This document shows positions 24,339 to 38,108 of a DNA stretch of 64,000 bases, one piece after another. This stretch comes from Tricharina praecox (lineage: Eukaryota): the NCBI RefSeq assembly GCF_024521635.1, contig NW_026250404.1, positions 2,170,001-2,234,000 of the forward strand, read 5' to 3'. A program made the position numbers and the translations under genes. The notes below the pieces were generated by a model. That model saw only the letters and a list, made by a program, of their open reading frames with translations. It was not told the DNA's origin and did not search any database. The first letter of the stretch is position 1; each line of letters starts with the position of its first letter.

Positions 24339-25691
24339 ATGGCATCGACGGCCGGATTGACGCGGCGACGAGGAGGAGGTGGCGGCGGTGGTGCCGATGC
24401 GACGGAAGACGGAGAAAGGAGTAGCAGTCCTGCTGCCCCCCGGCCGCAACAGCGCGACAGTATAGGAACCGGAGAGACGGCGTACACCACCGAGAATGGA
24501 CACAAGATTGGTGAGCCACCACTTCCACCACAATCACCTCCGCTACACCTACGGGGAAGGGGGGAGGGGGTGGAGGGGGGGGGGGGGTGGAGATGTGAGA
24601 CAACGAGCATGGGACTGATTGCTATCGAGTACAGCGTACGATCCTAGAGATATCAGCGAAAACCAGGAGAGGAACAAGTTGCCCAAGTTGACGCTTATGG
24701 AGGAAATATTGTTGCTAGGCTTGAAGGATAAGCAGGTGCGAACTGCTGCTACTTGTGCGAGCTGTCGGTTGTCTGACTAACGGGAAATAGGGCTACCTCT
24801 CTTTCTGGAACGAAAACATCAGTTACGCCCTTCGCGGCTGCATCGTCCTCGAACTCGCCTTCCGTGGCCGTATAAGCATGCAGAAGGATTCGTCGCGGCG
24901 CCGGTACCCGCTCGCCGACCGCGTTATCGAGGTGGTGGATGACACGTTGACTGGCGAAGTGCTACTGGATGAGGCGCTGAAGATGATGAAGACCAGTGAG
25001 AAGATGAGCGTTAGCGCATGGATTGACCTGATGAGTGGTATGTCGCACCACCACGCCCTCCCGCCCTTTCCGCACTGACATCAATCCAGGCGAGACATGG
25101 AACCTGATGAAGATCGGCTACCAGCTCAAACAAGTACGCGAGCGCTTAGCAAAGGGCCTAGTCGACAAAGGCATCCTGCGCACCGAAAAGCGCAATTTCT
25201 TGCTCTTCGACATGGCGACCCACCCGGTAGTCGATGGTGGTGCCAAAGACGAGATACGTCGCCGAGTACGCAACGTACTCACCTCTCGCACTGTGGTCCT
25301 GCCGGCAAACCCCTTCCTCCCCGAAGACATGGAGTACCGATACCTTCGGACACTGGCGATGGTATGCGCAGCCTACGCTGCCAACGTCCTCGAGAACGCG
25401 CTTAGTACGCTCGGTCACGAGGCGCGAGAGCGCGCATTTGCCAACGTCGACGAACTACTCAATGAGTTCTCGCAGTGGCCGTTTGCAAGGAGGAATATGA
25501 CCTCTGGTGTGGGGCAAAATCTAGGACAAGTTACAGCGGAGGAAGTGGGTGACAATAAGGACAAGGAATTGCAACTAGAGGTGTGTTTGAAAACCCCATC
25601 CATCTCTTTCCCCTTCCATCCACTAACGATACATGAACAGGTCGTGGCGGCGGTATTGAACGTATTTACGAGATTGGATTCACTACTCTAG
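24339..25691 (+). CDS. VPS74: Vps74/GOLPH3 (GPP34) Golgi phosphoprotein, 4 introns
   Basis: [12 protein letters not shown]-terminus; [81 protein letters not shown]. Confidence 0.96.
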
Positions 25692-27938
25692 CCCTTCCCT
25701 TCTGCCGCGCTGTCTGCTTCCTGTCCACCTATCCGTCTGCCTGCCTGTCTTTTCTTTCTTTTTTCTTTTCTTTCTTCTCTCGTCGTTCTAGGAGTAGTCG
25801 GAGTTACCGTATGAACGAAAACTTCGAAGGCTCTACCGAAAATACCTACTTCTTATTTATTTTTTTCGATTTGTGTGTCGTGTTCATGTGTTGTGTTGTG
25901 CTTGCCTCGATGTCCGTGGCGGGGAGAGGTGGGAAGCAAGGTAGATGATACAAAAAGCGGTTCGGCTGGGGGCGACGTAGGGCGGACGGTCATAGGTACT
26001 AGTACCGGGTATGTTTGTTCATAGTATCTATTCCAGAGATCAGGTTAGGGACGGAGGTGAGAATGAGAATGGAAGTGTATTCGATCGGATGGTTTGTGAA
26101 AATGGGTGAAGTGACGGGTACGGTGACCGGTAGGACGGATTGCTATGGGGATAGGATAGGATATGCCATACAAAGGTGGAACTGGTGTGGGGCTTGTCAA
26201 TGCTATGGTTACTCATCTGTACCGCAGCGCGAGTGTCGATGCAGGTTACTGAAACTGTGGAGGGGAATGGGTATGCCCTCAAGTTTTGGCGGGTGATACC
26301 ATGTGAAGATGGTCATGAACCGTAACTCGTATTTGAGATCATGTAGTGGATGAATGAATTTCGTAGTGAATAGATCTCGCTGGCAGTAGCTTGACATAGT
26401 GGTGCCTGCTGTTGAAGCATCCTTACGATGGTGTACCCAGTAAAATGAGATAATAGCCATTGATCTGTTCTTGGATAACTTGGCAATTTGGCTGGTTCTT
26501 TGAGTTTCCTGTTCTTGCACCCACCATTCCGATTTAACGGTGTCTGTAGTTAGATTGCTACATCGAGCCAGGTATCTGGACCGCAGATAGGATTAGGAAG
26601 AAGGTGTATAGAGTATCGCCATAGTCTCAATGGGCTACATGCTATCAACGGAGAAACAGACGGACGAACAATGTTAGTAGTTAAAGCCAAAAGTCGCTTG
26701 AAGGAAGCATCTTTCTGCTGCGAGAATTCGATCGGTCCAAAAGCGAATCAGGACTCGGAGTTTCGACTCGGCCTCCACAAGGTATCACTCCTCGCTGGTT
26801 AATGCGCTAGGAATATCCACCTTCGTGATCGCCAAACCGTCGACCGGATTGAGTGCTGCCATTTCTGACAGGGAAGGGCACTCGATCGGATGCGACTCGA
26901 GGGCATCCATACAAGTAGTTATGAGGCTCTTATGGCAGCCCCTTGAAAGTGACGCGCGACGCGAGGCTAGAGAACGAGAAAGAGGAATCGACGTGATTGT
27001 TGCGTGCTTGATCGTTGCGGACGGCTTCAGCATTCGGAGCAGGTCGGCACATGATGCGCCTACAATCGCATACGATTCCTCCGAGCAGAGGAATTCTAAT
27101 CGTCATACTGTAGAAAGCGTAGATCCAAATTGGGTGGAGTGCGTACCTATCTTGAACACCACCACCACACACCACACCATATCTTCACCGCCACCACCAG
27201 CACTGTACTCCACAACCTCTAAATTGAACGATACCTTGAACCGAAAGCCTCGAGCAACGCAACTGACAAGCTTCAACCCGTCACCCGCCGCATCCCAAAA
27301 AGAAACTCACACCCAGCACATATCTCACCGCAGCGGGGGAAAAACTCTTCTTCTCCCCTTTTTCCCACACCTCGCCCACAACTATCGCGAACAAACGAAA
27401 CAACTCACTGCCCCTAGTCAGCAGCAGCAAGCAGCAAGCAACAACAACACAACAAGAAATCTTTTAAAAAGCGTCGTTCTTGCCAGCGCCTTGGTGTGTG
27501 CGTGTCGTTTCGTCCTGCGCCCCCGGCACAACCGAATCCACTCCTACACGAACGAGTACGGACGAACAATGCGAACACCTCAACGGCGATAGCTCAACCG
27601 AAGTTTCTTTATGGGATTTCGCTTGTCGCTCGTCATTGGACACCAACTACACACCGTCACTCCCCCAACACCCCCCCAAACCACAAGACCGAACCGGACG
27701 AACGAAGCCGCAGCCTACGATCACGAAGCCCCATCTGCGCCGAACCGATCCGAGCACCAGCTCGCCCACTCAAGCTGCGAAAGAAGAAACAAAGAAAGGG
27801 CACGAGGAAGACGACGGGTCCAAAAGAAGAAATAATCACGAGCAACAACCCACTTGCTCGCTATAATAGTGCAGTCTACCTTTCCCCCTACTACCTCACG
27901 CCCTTCCTGTCGTCGGAGTCGGAGTCGGTTGCGATACA

Positions 27939-30479
27939 ATGACGGAAGTAAATACCTCCCGATTCACGGCCACCGCCGCCATCACCGCCGCCGCACCCCC
28001 GGATTCGTCCGTCACATCTGCTAGTCCCGAGCGCTCACAGAACGGCGGAGGCCTCCTCGCTGCCCCCGATGCAGGTACGCGAGCCTCGTCGGCAGACGAG
28101 GATAGGGACAAGAATGGTGCGAAAGATGGACCGAGTGCCACGGTATCGGGATCCTCGAGTGTGTCGGGGGGGAACAGTCATGCGGGAGGAAGTGGAGGAG
28201 GTGGTGGTGGTGCTGGTGGGGGACAGACGATACCGGCGGCGTTCGCGCCACTGTCGGCGAAGAAGGGGCCGCAGAGCTTCTTCTCGGGAAGTAAGATCAA
28301 GCATCTCAAGAAAGCTGATGGTATCCCACTGTGGCGAAACGATATCCAGTTCGAGTTCCTTCGCGCGGTGTTCCACAATAAGGATCCGGTGTTCACGAAT
28401 GCATATACCAAGGAGAAGGGACATTCGTTCGCGGATATATACATCGATGCAATGGCGAGGAGTAGTAAGACGAGCAAGATCTTGAGAGACAAGTTGCTGT
28501 CGGAGAGGGAGAATGCGCTGAACATGGCGATGGTGTGTTTACTGGTCAATGTCGGCAGGATGAATACCACACTTAACTGTATGTCGTTTTGCGTTCTTGG
28601 GTGCTTAAAGAGCTATGCTGATTGACGTCGCGATGTTAGTCTTCCCAGAGATGAAGGCCCAGCTAAGAACCTACCACGCGATCCCGTCGCTACAAGCGCA
28701 TACCGACAGCAACGCCTACAAGCAGCTCCAAGATGCGCCGCGTCTCAAGTCGATCCTGAAAGGAGCATGCGAGGACCGCCAAGAACCCCAGACGTTGGAA
28801 CAGATCATGAACGCGCCGCTACCAAGAACTAATCCGATCAATCTCGTCTTTGTCCTATCCACCTACGCGCCGAAGGTGTCGGAAACGCACTTTCCGGAGA
28901 ACATGGACTTTTACGATCTGGTTATGAGGACGACGCTGTCGTCCAAGAGTAGAGCAAAGGCGTTCCTCTGGTTGATGTGGTTGTACCTCGAGAGCGATTT
29001 CACGGACCAGGAGTGCCTTGAGAATCCGTTCGGAAAAGGGAAGTTTGGCAGAGACAAGTCGAAGCCAATGTGCGTCCCGGAGTTCGAGTACCTGACCGAA
29101 GAGCAAGCGCAGAGGGAGAATGTTGACACTGAAGAGGAGAAAGCGTTTGGAGAGGCCAAGCGTGAGGAGAGAAAGCGTATGTATCATTGCCATGCAGCTG
29201 GAACAAGGAACAGCCCACGCGGGAACCCACAGGATACTAACAGTAAGTTTACAGGTTTGCTCGGTGAGATACATAATGGCCCGGTACCTCAAGGGAGAGG
29301 ACGTGGAAGGAAGAGCTGTAAGTCCGATACAATCACCCTTCAGTACAATGTTCGAATGGTTTCTAACTCATGCGTCTGTAGTGGCTACAGCAGCTTCTCC
29401 GGACACACAATCGCCCAACGTTTCTCCTGGAGGTACGAGTCATATCCTATGCGGAGATCACTAGAAGCGACATGGCTGATGTTTGATGATCAGGTTCGGC
29501 ACGAAGAGGTGGTACGCGCTTCCACTACGAGTATGAATCGGACACTCGCACCCGCTCCGTCTCGCCAGAAAGCCAGTACACCACGCCCGCTGGCAACAAA
29601 TCCGCTCGTCGAAATATCATCAAACTCACCAGCATCTTCAACGGCGAGAATGCCATGTCACCCATCGAAACACCAAAGAATAAAGGTGGACGACCCAGAA
29701 ACGCCGCCAAGCGCACGTACGACGGCGAACTGAAGCCGCTCGCTCAACGCATCGTTCTCACCAAAGGCGGCCGCCCCCTCGCAACCCCCGAAAACCTGAA
29801 CGTCGGCCGTCTCCAATCCATGGACCGCTCCAGCCCCGTCCAAGTCAGCACCGGCCCCCGCCAACGCATGACATCCCACCAGCTTGCGGTGCAACAAAAC
29901 CGCAAAGACCGCGTCAACCACGTTATAGACCGCAAGATGCAGCGTCTGGACGCGCGGAAAAAACGGCAGCGTCTCAAGCAGGGAGCTTTCATCCGCGCCT
30001 GGTCCCGTATCAAGGATATCGAAGACCCACTGCAGATGTCCGATGACGACGAACACCCGCTCAAGCATACCGCCGAAATCGTCGTCGATGACGCAAACAC
30101 TAATGGCGACGACGACACACATCCCAGCAAGCGCTCGAAACTCACACACCGCACCACCATATACATGCGTGGCCCGGCCGGCCTCATACCACGAAAGGAC
30201 GAAGAGCTCGCCAACGACGTCGACGATTTCGGCGAAGAGGCTATGAGCATCGCCGCCGCCATCAGGAGGACCAAACGTCGGCTCGAACGCTGGGAGCTTG
30301 TTGATGCCCGCCACGAGGTCGGCGAGGAAGTGTCTGATGCCGATGCCGACGCTGACGCTGACGCCGACGCTGAGGGAGACGAGGGGGTGTGGGACGAGGA
30401 GGAGGGGGACGCGCCGCCCGAGGTGCCGGTCGAACAGGAAGAGGAGAGCGATGAGGACGGCGATGTCGATATGGAGTAG
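27939..30479 (+). CDS. IES1: INO80 complex subunit Ies1-like, about 4 introns
   Basis: KIKHLKKADGIPLWRNDIQFEFLRAVF...YIDAMARSSKTSKILRDKL...NVGRMNTTLNFFPEMKAQLRTYHAIPSLQ...LQDAPRLKSILKG; acidic C-terminus. Confidence 0.88.
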
Positions 30480-33129
30480 ATTTTTTCACTGTTTTGACAT
30501 TATTACACTGGGTGTTTGTTTGTTTGCTTTGATTTTCTGTGTGGCTCCTGCTTCCTTTCTTCTTCTTGCAGCAGCAAAGGTGCGATGCGATTTTCTGTGT
30601 GTGTGTGTTGCTGTTTGCTCTGTTCATTTCATGGTTCTTTACTTTACTTTTCGCTTCTTTCCCCGGTAACTATAAAGGTTTTTTTTTCACTTCACTTCAC
30701 TTACTTTTGCTCTGCGTTTATGGTACTGGACGGACAGACTGGACTGGACGGGAGTGTATTATTATCGCTGGCTGATGCAGATGGGCACTAGGCGGTGGAC
30801 ACGGCGCCGTGGACACGGGGGATAGGAGTACGGTACGGTACGCTAATGAATGTATTTGTATCATCATCCACTGGAATATCGTTATCGCCGCCCAACGTAC
30901 ACCGTCGTCTTTGGTATCATAGGATCTTTGGTAGGAGTCATTTGGTAGCTAATGGACAGTTCTAGTTTCTAGAAGCTTGCAGCCGCTGTGCATCTGCGGG
31001 CACGTGTGTATAGTACTATGTATACTATAGTTGCTGGCTGGCTGCTGGCGGGAGAAATATTCCGAAGAACTCGGAGTCGGGGAGTCGGAGTTGTGCGGGC
31101 GGGCACATGCACCATATGGCATAGGTACAGCCTACGAGCGTGAAGACGGCGGGATGGTTCCGATGGAACAGATAATGGATGTTATATATGCGTCGGTACA
31201 TATGATGGGTACACTCTATCTACACTGCACGGAATGTTGCCCTCGGGCAATTCTGTAGGGCGAGAGTTTTCCAGACGAAGTCTGTCGCATAGGTAGATGG
31301 ATGGATGCATTGGAGCATCACTGCCATCATCACCATTACTGCCATCATCACCACCGTCGTACACCCGACCAACCAACCAACCCACAAATAAAACAATGTC
31401 CAAGGTCCGTGTGTTGACTTGGATTGACTTGACTGGTGGTGGGCCAGGAAGGGAAACTTATCCGGCAAGCACACAATTTCAAAGGTCTCAGTTCTCCACC
31501 GTACACGGACTCGAAAGCTACTGGTGACAGCGCTATTGGAGTATCTATCGGGGATGGATGTACTCTAGATAAGTACCGCACGTTCGAGGACCTGCGTGAA
31601 GTATGGATCCGCACGGGGGAGCGGAGGGGAAGGGGGGTATCTACATAACCCCGATAGATGATATGATGGGGATGAGGGTTGATGGATCATGGTGTTGGAC
31701 ATCAAAGAGACATCCATCCACCACATGCGGTCACGACGTATAGCGGAACATCCAATATCACACCAAAATGAACTTCTCAAAAAAATGTCGACGCGATCCT
31801 TGCAGTCGGGCTCACCCAGTCGTCTTTCGACGCTGCTGAGAACGAGTATAAAAAACTCCCCCTACTGCACCCAAGATCCTGTCTTTATTCTCCGTCACCA
31901 CCGCGATCACGCAGGAATGGTTGGACATCCCGTGGGTCGTGGACTCCAACGCGTGTTGCCACGGTCGGTCTCGCACCGGTTGTCCCGAAACTTGGTTTCC
32001 TGCTGAGAATGGGTGGTGATGTGATATTTTGCGTTGTTTCGTAACGAAGAAAGTGGGGTGTGGGGGAGGAGGGGCTTTTATAGCTGGCGGGGATGGACGC
32101 CAAGACGAAGGGTTTTTTTGGCCGACGCGGCTCGCTGGCTTGCTCGCTGGCTCGATGGCACTGGCGTGCCCCATGGCGGAGCACTCGGCTCCTGGGTCGT
32201 ATGTGCTTGCTTAGTTGGCTTACGTCGTCGTCGCCGTCGCCGCAGAGCCGGCCGAGGAGCGGCATCGTAACCTACTACCTAACGCAAAGGTGTGTGCAGA
32301 TGCATCTGGGCTTCAGCTTGTCGTCAATCTTTACCCGCAGCCACCAACTTCCACACAGTCGGGGCTGAAGAGTGCAGATTCGACCGGGAGATGTCACCTG
32401 ATATTCCCGCTATCCCGCCACGGCAGTCGTATTCGTACGTCTACATATAGTGCACAGCCATGACCATCCATCGCGAACTCCGGACAAACACGCTTCCGAA
32501 GACGATCTCTCAAGAATCAAGGCTTCTTCGACAGCTAAAGCGTAGCATACGCGGCTTTCTGCAGTCGTTACCTTTGAAGAGTCCCGCAGCTTCCGAGTGT
32601 AGGACGCCATCTCGCGGATTGGCCTCCGCACTCTCCTCCGTATGAAATGCGGCTGCATGTTGAGCCGCTGCCGCCTGGGGTCACTCTCGAAGCTGGCTCG
32701 CATCAGCTTTAAGGCCAAGCGATTGCAGAGATGCTGACCACTATTTTTGAACCGGGCAGTGGCGGGGCAGATCCTTAACGTGTTGCGCGGCGCGCGGAGC
32801 ATCATGCACACCCAAGACCGACTCTTCTCGGGCTGGGCGGGCCAAGTGAACATGTGCGAGTCCGCGAGAGCCGTCTTACATAGAACGAGCGAACATCATC
32901 TCTTCACGATTTCGACTTCATCCTCAGACTGCTCTCGAGATTCTTCGCTCTTGACGCAGACACAGCTGCAGAACTTCCCACTTGTCACTTGTCTGAAACT
33001 AGCGAGAAACCCCCCCGTCTCCGACATCCCCCTTGTCACATCATAATCACAACCCCTAAATTCATTCCACTTTCTAAGCTGCCTGCTCAGTCCCCTGCTT
33101 GCCTTCCTCTTCTTCTTTCAACTGCACTG

Positions 33130-33170
33130 CTTCTTCTTCTTCTTCTTCTTCTTCTTCTTCTTCTTCTTCT
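33130..33170. repeat. (CTT)13 microsatellite upstream of the syntaxin start codon
   Basis: Direct reading. Confidence 0.9.
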
Positions 33171-33539
33171 CTGCACTCCTGCCCAGCCATTTTTCGTACT
33201 TCATACCCAAAACCCACCGTCATTCCCTCACTCTTTTGCCCGTTCATTTGTTATTGTTCATTTGTTGTTGTTTGTAGCCGCCGTTCTTCTGTGGTGGCGC
33301 ATTAGCACCTCGACCATCATCTGCATAGTAAACGAAGCCGCCGCCGCCTCCTGCTTCTTCGTTCGCTTCCTCCCTACCAGACATCCTCGCTTGCATCGCC
33401 TCACAACTCACCCATCACCCTACATACTTCAATACCAACTACCACCTGGCAAACCCACTTTTGAGCGCGCGAACACTACTTAAAGTCAATACTTCTCTAC
33501 ACCTTCTCCAGGCGATATTTACAGACCAGATAAATCACA

Positions 33540-34985
33540 ATGAGTGTATGTTGCTCCCCCTTCCCCTTCCCCGGCCGGGCGCGTTCGGTCCAGCAGCTAA
33601 ACTCCGTGCGCTGAACAGGGAGGTTACGGGTATGTTCGATCCGCAATTCGCACCGCACGTCCACTCGCGCTCAACTGACCCGATCGCAACAGTAACCACG
33701 CGGCGTCGTCGAACCCGTATGCGCAGCAGCAAGACAGCTACAACCCATATGGCGGCGGACAAACCACAGCCTACAACCAAGAGCCCGCAGGTTCGCTCCC
33801 CCCCCTCCAACCCATCACTCTCTCCCCTCCCAGTCAGTTGTACGGAGAGAGGTTGATCCTGTTTTTCACCGTGTAATTGTTGCTTCAGAGACTAAAGTTG
33901 AACCGTACTCGCCTCTGAATTCAGGAAACTATGAGATGGGCAACCTGAATGGCGGAGGAGGATACACCGCGCCACCGCCGCAAGACAATGTCCAGGACTT
34001 CTACGCCGAGGTCGACCAGATCCGTGGTGGCATCGAATCCGTCAATGCCAATATCGCGCAGATCGAGAGCCTGCACCAGCGCTCGCTGAACGATATCGAC
34101 GAGGCCGCGCAGCAGATGACGACTAATCGCCTCGAGGCGCTGGTTACAGAGACGAGCGCGTTGAACACCAACCTGGCCACCAGGATCAAGGCCCTCAAGG
34201 GGAAGGCTTCGAGGGATCCCACCAAGGCCCCTCAGGTCGGTGTGTTGGATCGGAATTTCAAGGATTCCTTGAGGAAGTACCAGCTCGTCGAGAAGAGCTT
34301 TGCCGATCGGACGAGGGAGCAGATGGCTAGGCAGTACAGGATTGTCAAGCCCGACGCTTCCGAGGATGAAGTGCGACAGGCGTGTGAGGATTCGCAGGGA
34401 CAGCAGGTCTTCTCTCAGGCTGTGAGTATATCGCGCTCAGCTCCGCTCGACCACCACCCGAAACCGTACTGACGGACACATACAGCTCCTCTCCGGCAAC
34501 CGCCGCGGCGAAGCCCGTTCGGCGCTGCGAGAAGTCCAGGCGCGCCACACGGAGATTCAGCGGATCGAAAAGACCATCATCGAGCTGGCACAGCTGTTCA
34601 GCGAGATGGAGCAGATGGTCACGGAGCAGGACGAGATGGTGCAGGTTATTGACCAGCGCGGCGAGGAGATCACCCACAACGTCGATAAGGCCCAGGAGGA
34701 GATCGGTGGTGCCGTCGAAAAGGCCCGCTCCGCTAGGAGAAAGAAGTGGTGGTGCTTGTTGATCGCTCGTGAGTACTCCCTGGTTTTCTTGTCGTTGATT
34801 TGGCCTCCTTTGGTACCATGCCGAGGCGCCCTTCTCCGTTCCTGTTCGATGCCTGTTCGCCGGCACTCCACGGCATCTACTCTACTTGATGGCAAAATGT
34901 AATGGTATTAATCAACCTTATAGTGCTCATCATCATCATCATCGTCGTCATCGCGGTCGTGGTTACGCTCGTCAACAAGAAGTAG
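33540..34985 (+). CDS. SSO1: Plasma-membrane syntaxin (Sso1/2-type t-SNARE), 6 exons including 6-nt and 11-nt first exons
   Basis: Habc region (QIESLHQRSL...RQYRIVKPDASEDEV), SNARE motif EVQARHTEIQRIEKTIIELAQLFSEMEQMVTEQD, ARSARRKKWWC and a C-terminal TM segment. Confidence 0.93.
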
Positions 34986-37403
34986 TGGTGGGGGGGCAGC
35001 CCAGATAATTTTCGATTCCCGGCTTCTTCTTTTCTTCTTCTTCTTCTTCTTTGGGGGGAGGAGGGATGGAGGCGGACCTTACATACTACTACTTCTTCTT
35101 TTCTTACCGCTTTTACTTACTTAATCGCCCATTGTGTTTTTCTTCTTCGTGCGAATGTGGTTTTTTTCTTTTGTGGTTTTTCTCTTGTGTATGGTGTGGG
35201 TGTGGGTTTTGGTGAGGATTATGGTGAGGATTATGGTGAGGATTGTGGTGAGGTTTATGAGAGGAATTGTGGGGAATTGTGGGGAATTGTGGTATCTGTG
35301 TAGAATACATGTATACTCGTTTTTCGTTATGCATACTTCCTTACTCGTGGTGAATTGGGTTGTGCTATGATGTGGTTGATGCGGTGTGATGTACTGTGAT
35401 GCGGATGGCCCGTAGGATCCTTATCGATACCGTGATGGCACGGCTTGTACGGTCTCGAGGTGGGAGTTGTGTTACTGGTGGAGAAGGACCTTCTACCAAC
35501 CGTGGAGAACCTGTGTAGTGGACAGAGGCTCTGGGAATCATGTTCAAACTCAGCCAGCCATGCGTTAATCAGTTTGTAGGCCTTTACGTTGAAGGGCACT
35601 GGGTTTTTTTGGTCAAATCATCGGTACATACTCGCATTCAGTTACCATATACCTAGTGGTGTCTCCTACTCTCCACCCTCGGGGGCGCTCAGCCTTCTTC
35701 TCTCCATCTATAGTACCTACAAAGCAACCAATCTCGCAAATTTTTTTCATTTATTGATTGCGTGCGACCTATTTAGATCATGGCAATATCACCCCGTCAC
35801 CCCTCCGTTTCCACGCCACTGTCCAAACCTAACTTTCGTCAGGCGTCCCGATGTGGCTTTCCCTGCCCCCGTCGTGGCCTTTCCCAAAAATATATCGCCC
35901 CCGCGCCCGCACTCGCGCCCGCACCTGTTACAAAGCAACATATCTCTCAACATTGCACAGCCATATCCATCACCGTTTCCCACTCAAATCCGAGTGACAC
36001 GCCATGCGGCGACCATCAGTATTTACATATCTAATCTACCTATCTAATCAGATCTCGCACGCTCCGTCCGACCTCGGTGAATTCCTACCTGGTACCCCGC
36101 CTAGAGTATAGAGTAACTATGTGCCCGCATGACAACCACCACCATCGGTATGTAACCAAGAAGTTTTTTTCTTTCTTTCCGATATATGTATGCATACCTC
36201 GCGGGCACCGGGAACTAGTGGGCGTGAGACCTATCAGTGTTCGATGCGTGGCCGTGCTACATACTAGTTTGCAGAGATGGAGGGGGCGGGGGAGGTGGCG
36301 CTAAACGCGATGTTGTGTTGTTGTTGTTGTTTTGTCCGAGGAGTCGGGGAAGAGGGGGAAGAGGGAGAGGGAGAGGGGGGGAGCGTTGCGGTGTTTTTTC
36401 TTTGAGGAGAATGGGGAGAATGCTCGGTGGTGATTGGGCGCGCGGAAACCAGCGCTGCGGCGGCGATGGATGAGTGAATTCATGCCTTCGAGTCATGAAA
36501 TACCTATGGTGATGCCGATGATCGGTGCTCTAGATGCGAAGGTAGAGTACTCTATCATACCTATGGCCTTCCCGCCATCGCATGGCTCGGATACTCTACC
36601 TACCAAAGGTATCACCCTGGGGGAGAAATAAGCACTCACAGCAGCTGCAGCTCAGGGATGCAGGTGCATCATACCTACCTCTACTACCTACCCCGCCCTC
36701 CGCCGCGGTAAGAAATGTTTGCGAAGTCACAGGTATCACCAGACAACTCAGTACAAGTACAGCTGCTACCCTCCTCCTCCCCGAGCTTCAGGATTCAGTA
36801 AACAGCAGCGTCGGCGTTCGGAGCGTTATTATTCACAGCGACTTGGAATTCTACAGCTAGTACGTATTTCCCTTCTTCACCTCGGTCTGTGGGTGTGGAG
36901 AATCTGAAGAGGACGGAGGAGGGAATGAGGGAGGAGTGACGACCTGGAAGCCGGATGCATGCTATGCTACCTACCTGCCCACGAGTGGACAGATGGCACG
37001 CACCTGGCGTCATTTGATCTCATTCCCAGTTTCCCCATTCTCTTTTTTCTCCCTCTGCTGTTCCGTATATATCTCATCCTCCATGCCTGTCCGCCTGCTG
37101 ATTTTGCCGTCCGTACGTTGTCGATAGGTACATAGCTCCAACAATTATACACATTACATACGCATCATGCATTTCCTCTCGGTCCGCTGTCTGAACTGCC
37201 ACAACCTCGACACCTTCCCGCGGCTCAGCTACGACCAGGTCCCATTTTGCTCACAGGCACATCCCCCCGAGCTCCTCCAGCTCGTTATCCACAGCTAATA
37301 GATCCCCCAGTGCGCCTCGACCAACAGCCTCGTCCCCGAAGGTCCCCTCTCGGGGCCGACACCCACATCCACACCGACGCCTGCCCCGCCGCCACCGCCG
37401 CAA

Positions 37404-38108
37404 ATGTCCAGCGCAGACGACGACTTCGTCGCGCTCTTCAACCGCAACCTATTCTTCAGCCACCCACCGGCGGCCTCGCCGCCCACACCTCCCCTCACCA
37501 GCCCCGTAGCCGCCACATTTTCGATATCGCGGCACTACCACCACTCGTCGCACCCGGCGGTGGTGCAGCCGCCGCCCTCGCCGCCCTCGCCGCCAGCCAC
37601 CACCGCCACCTACGACGACGAGATGGCCGACGACGCATCGGCGCAGCTGCTGCATGAGCACCAGCAATCCTACTACCACCACCAGCAGCAGGTCAAGTCC
37701 TCGGACCGCGAATACGCCGAGTACCTGATGTCCTCGGACCTCAGCTCCCCCAACTCGCTCAACGAACTCGAGATCGCGCTTGCGCACGAAATAATCTCCC
37801 CCGTCGAGTACCAGCGCTCGCTGGAATCCTACACGCACCGCTCGCAGCTCGAAGAGAACGCGCGGCGCCACCAGGTGCTCATGGGTTCTTCCGGAGGGGG
37901 AGGGGCCGTGGCTCTGAGCGAGAACTGTAGTGCTATGGAGATGCTGGCTGCGGCGAAGAGGAGCAGCAACAACAACGTGCCAAGTCGGAGTGAGTGGTGC
38001 AATGATTACTACGGAGGCGATATGGGCTACGAGGACGAGGATGAGATGGCGCCGTGCGCGGTGTATACCGGTGCCAGTGGGTGCAGGTTGGCGCCGTTTG
38101 ATTATTAG
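37404..38108 (+). CDS. Hypothetical protein, 234 aa
   Basis: Single GC3-rich ORF with good start context (GCAAATGTCC), followed by a T-rich 3' region. Contains FSISRHYHHSSH. Confidence 0.65.
   Translation: MSSADDDFVALFNRNLFFSHPPAASPPTPPLTSPVAATFSISRHYHHSSHPAVVQPPPSPPSPPATTATYDDEMADDASAQLLHEHQQSYYHHQQQVKSSDREYAEYLMSSDLSSPNSLNELEIALAHEIISPVEYQRSLESYTHRSQLEENARRHQVLMGSSGGGGAVALSENCSAMEMLAAAKRSSNNNVPSRSEWCNDYYGGDMGYEDEDEMAPCAVYTGASGCRLAPFDY

Noticed and set aside
26209..27033. Minus-strand ORF fragments between VPS74 and IES1
   Set aside because: No recognisable motif; multiple stops; cannot be distinguished from non-coding sequence.
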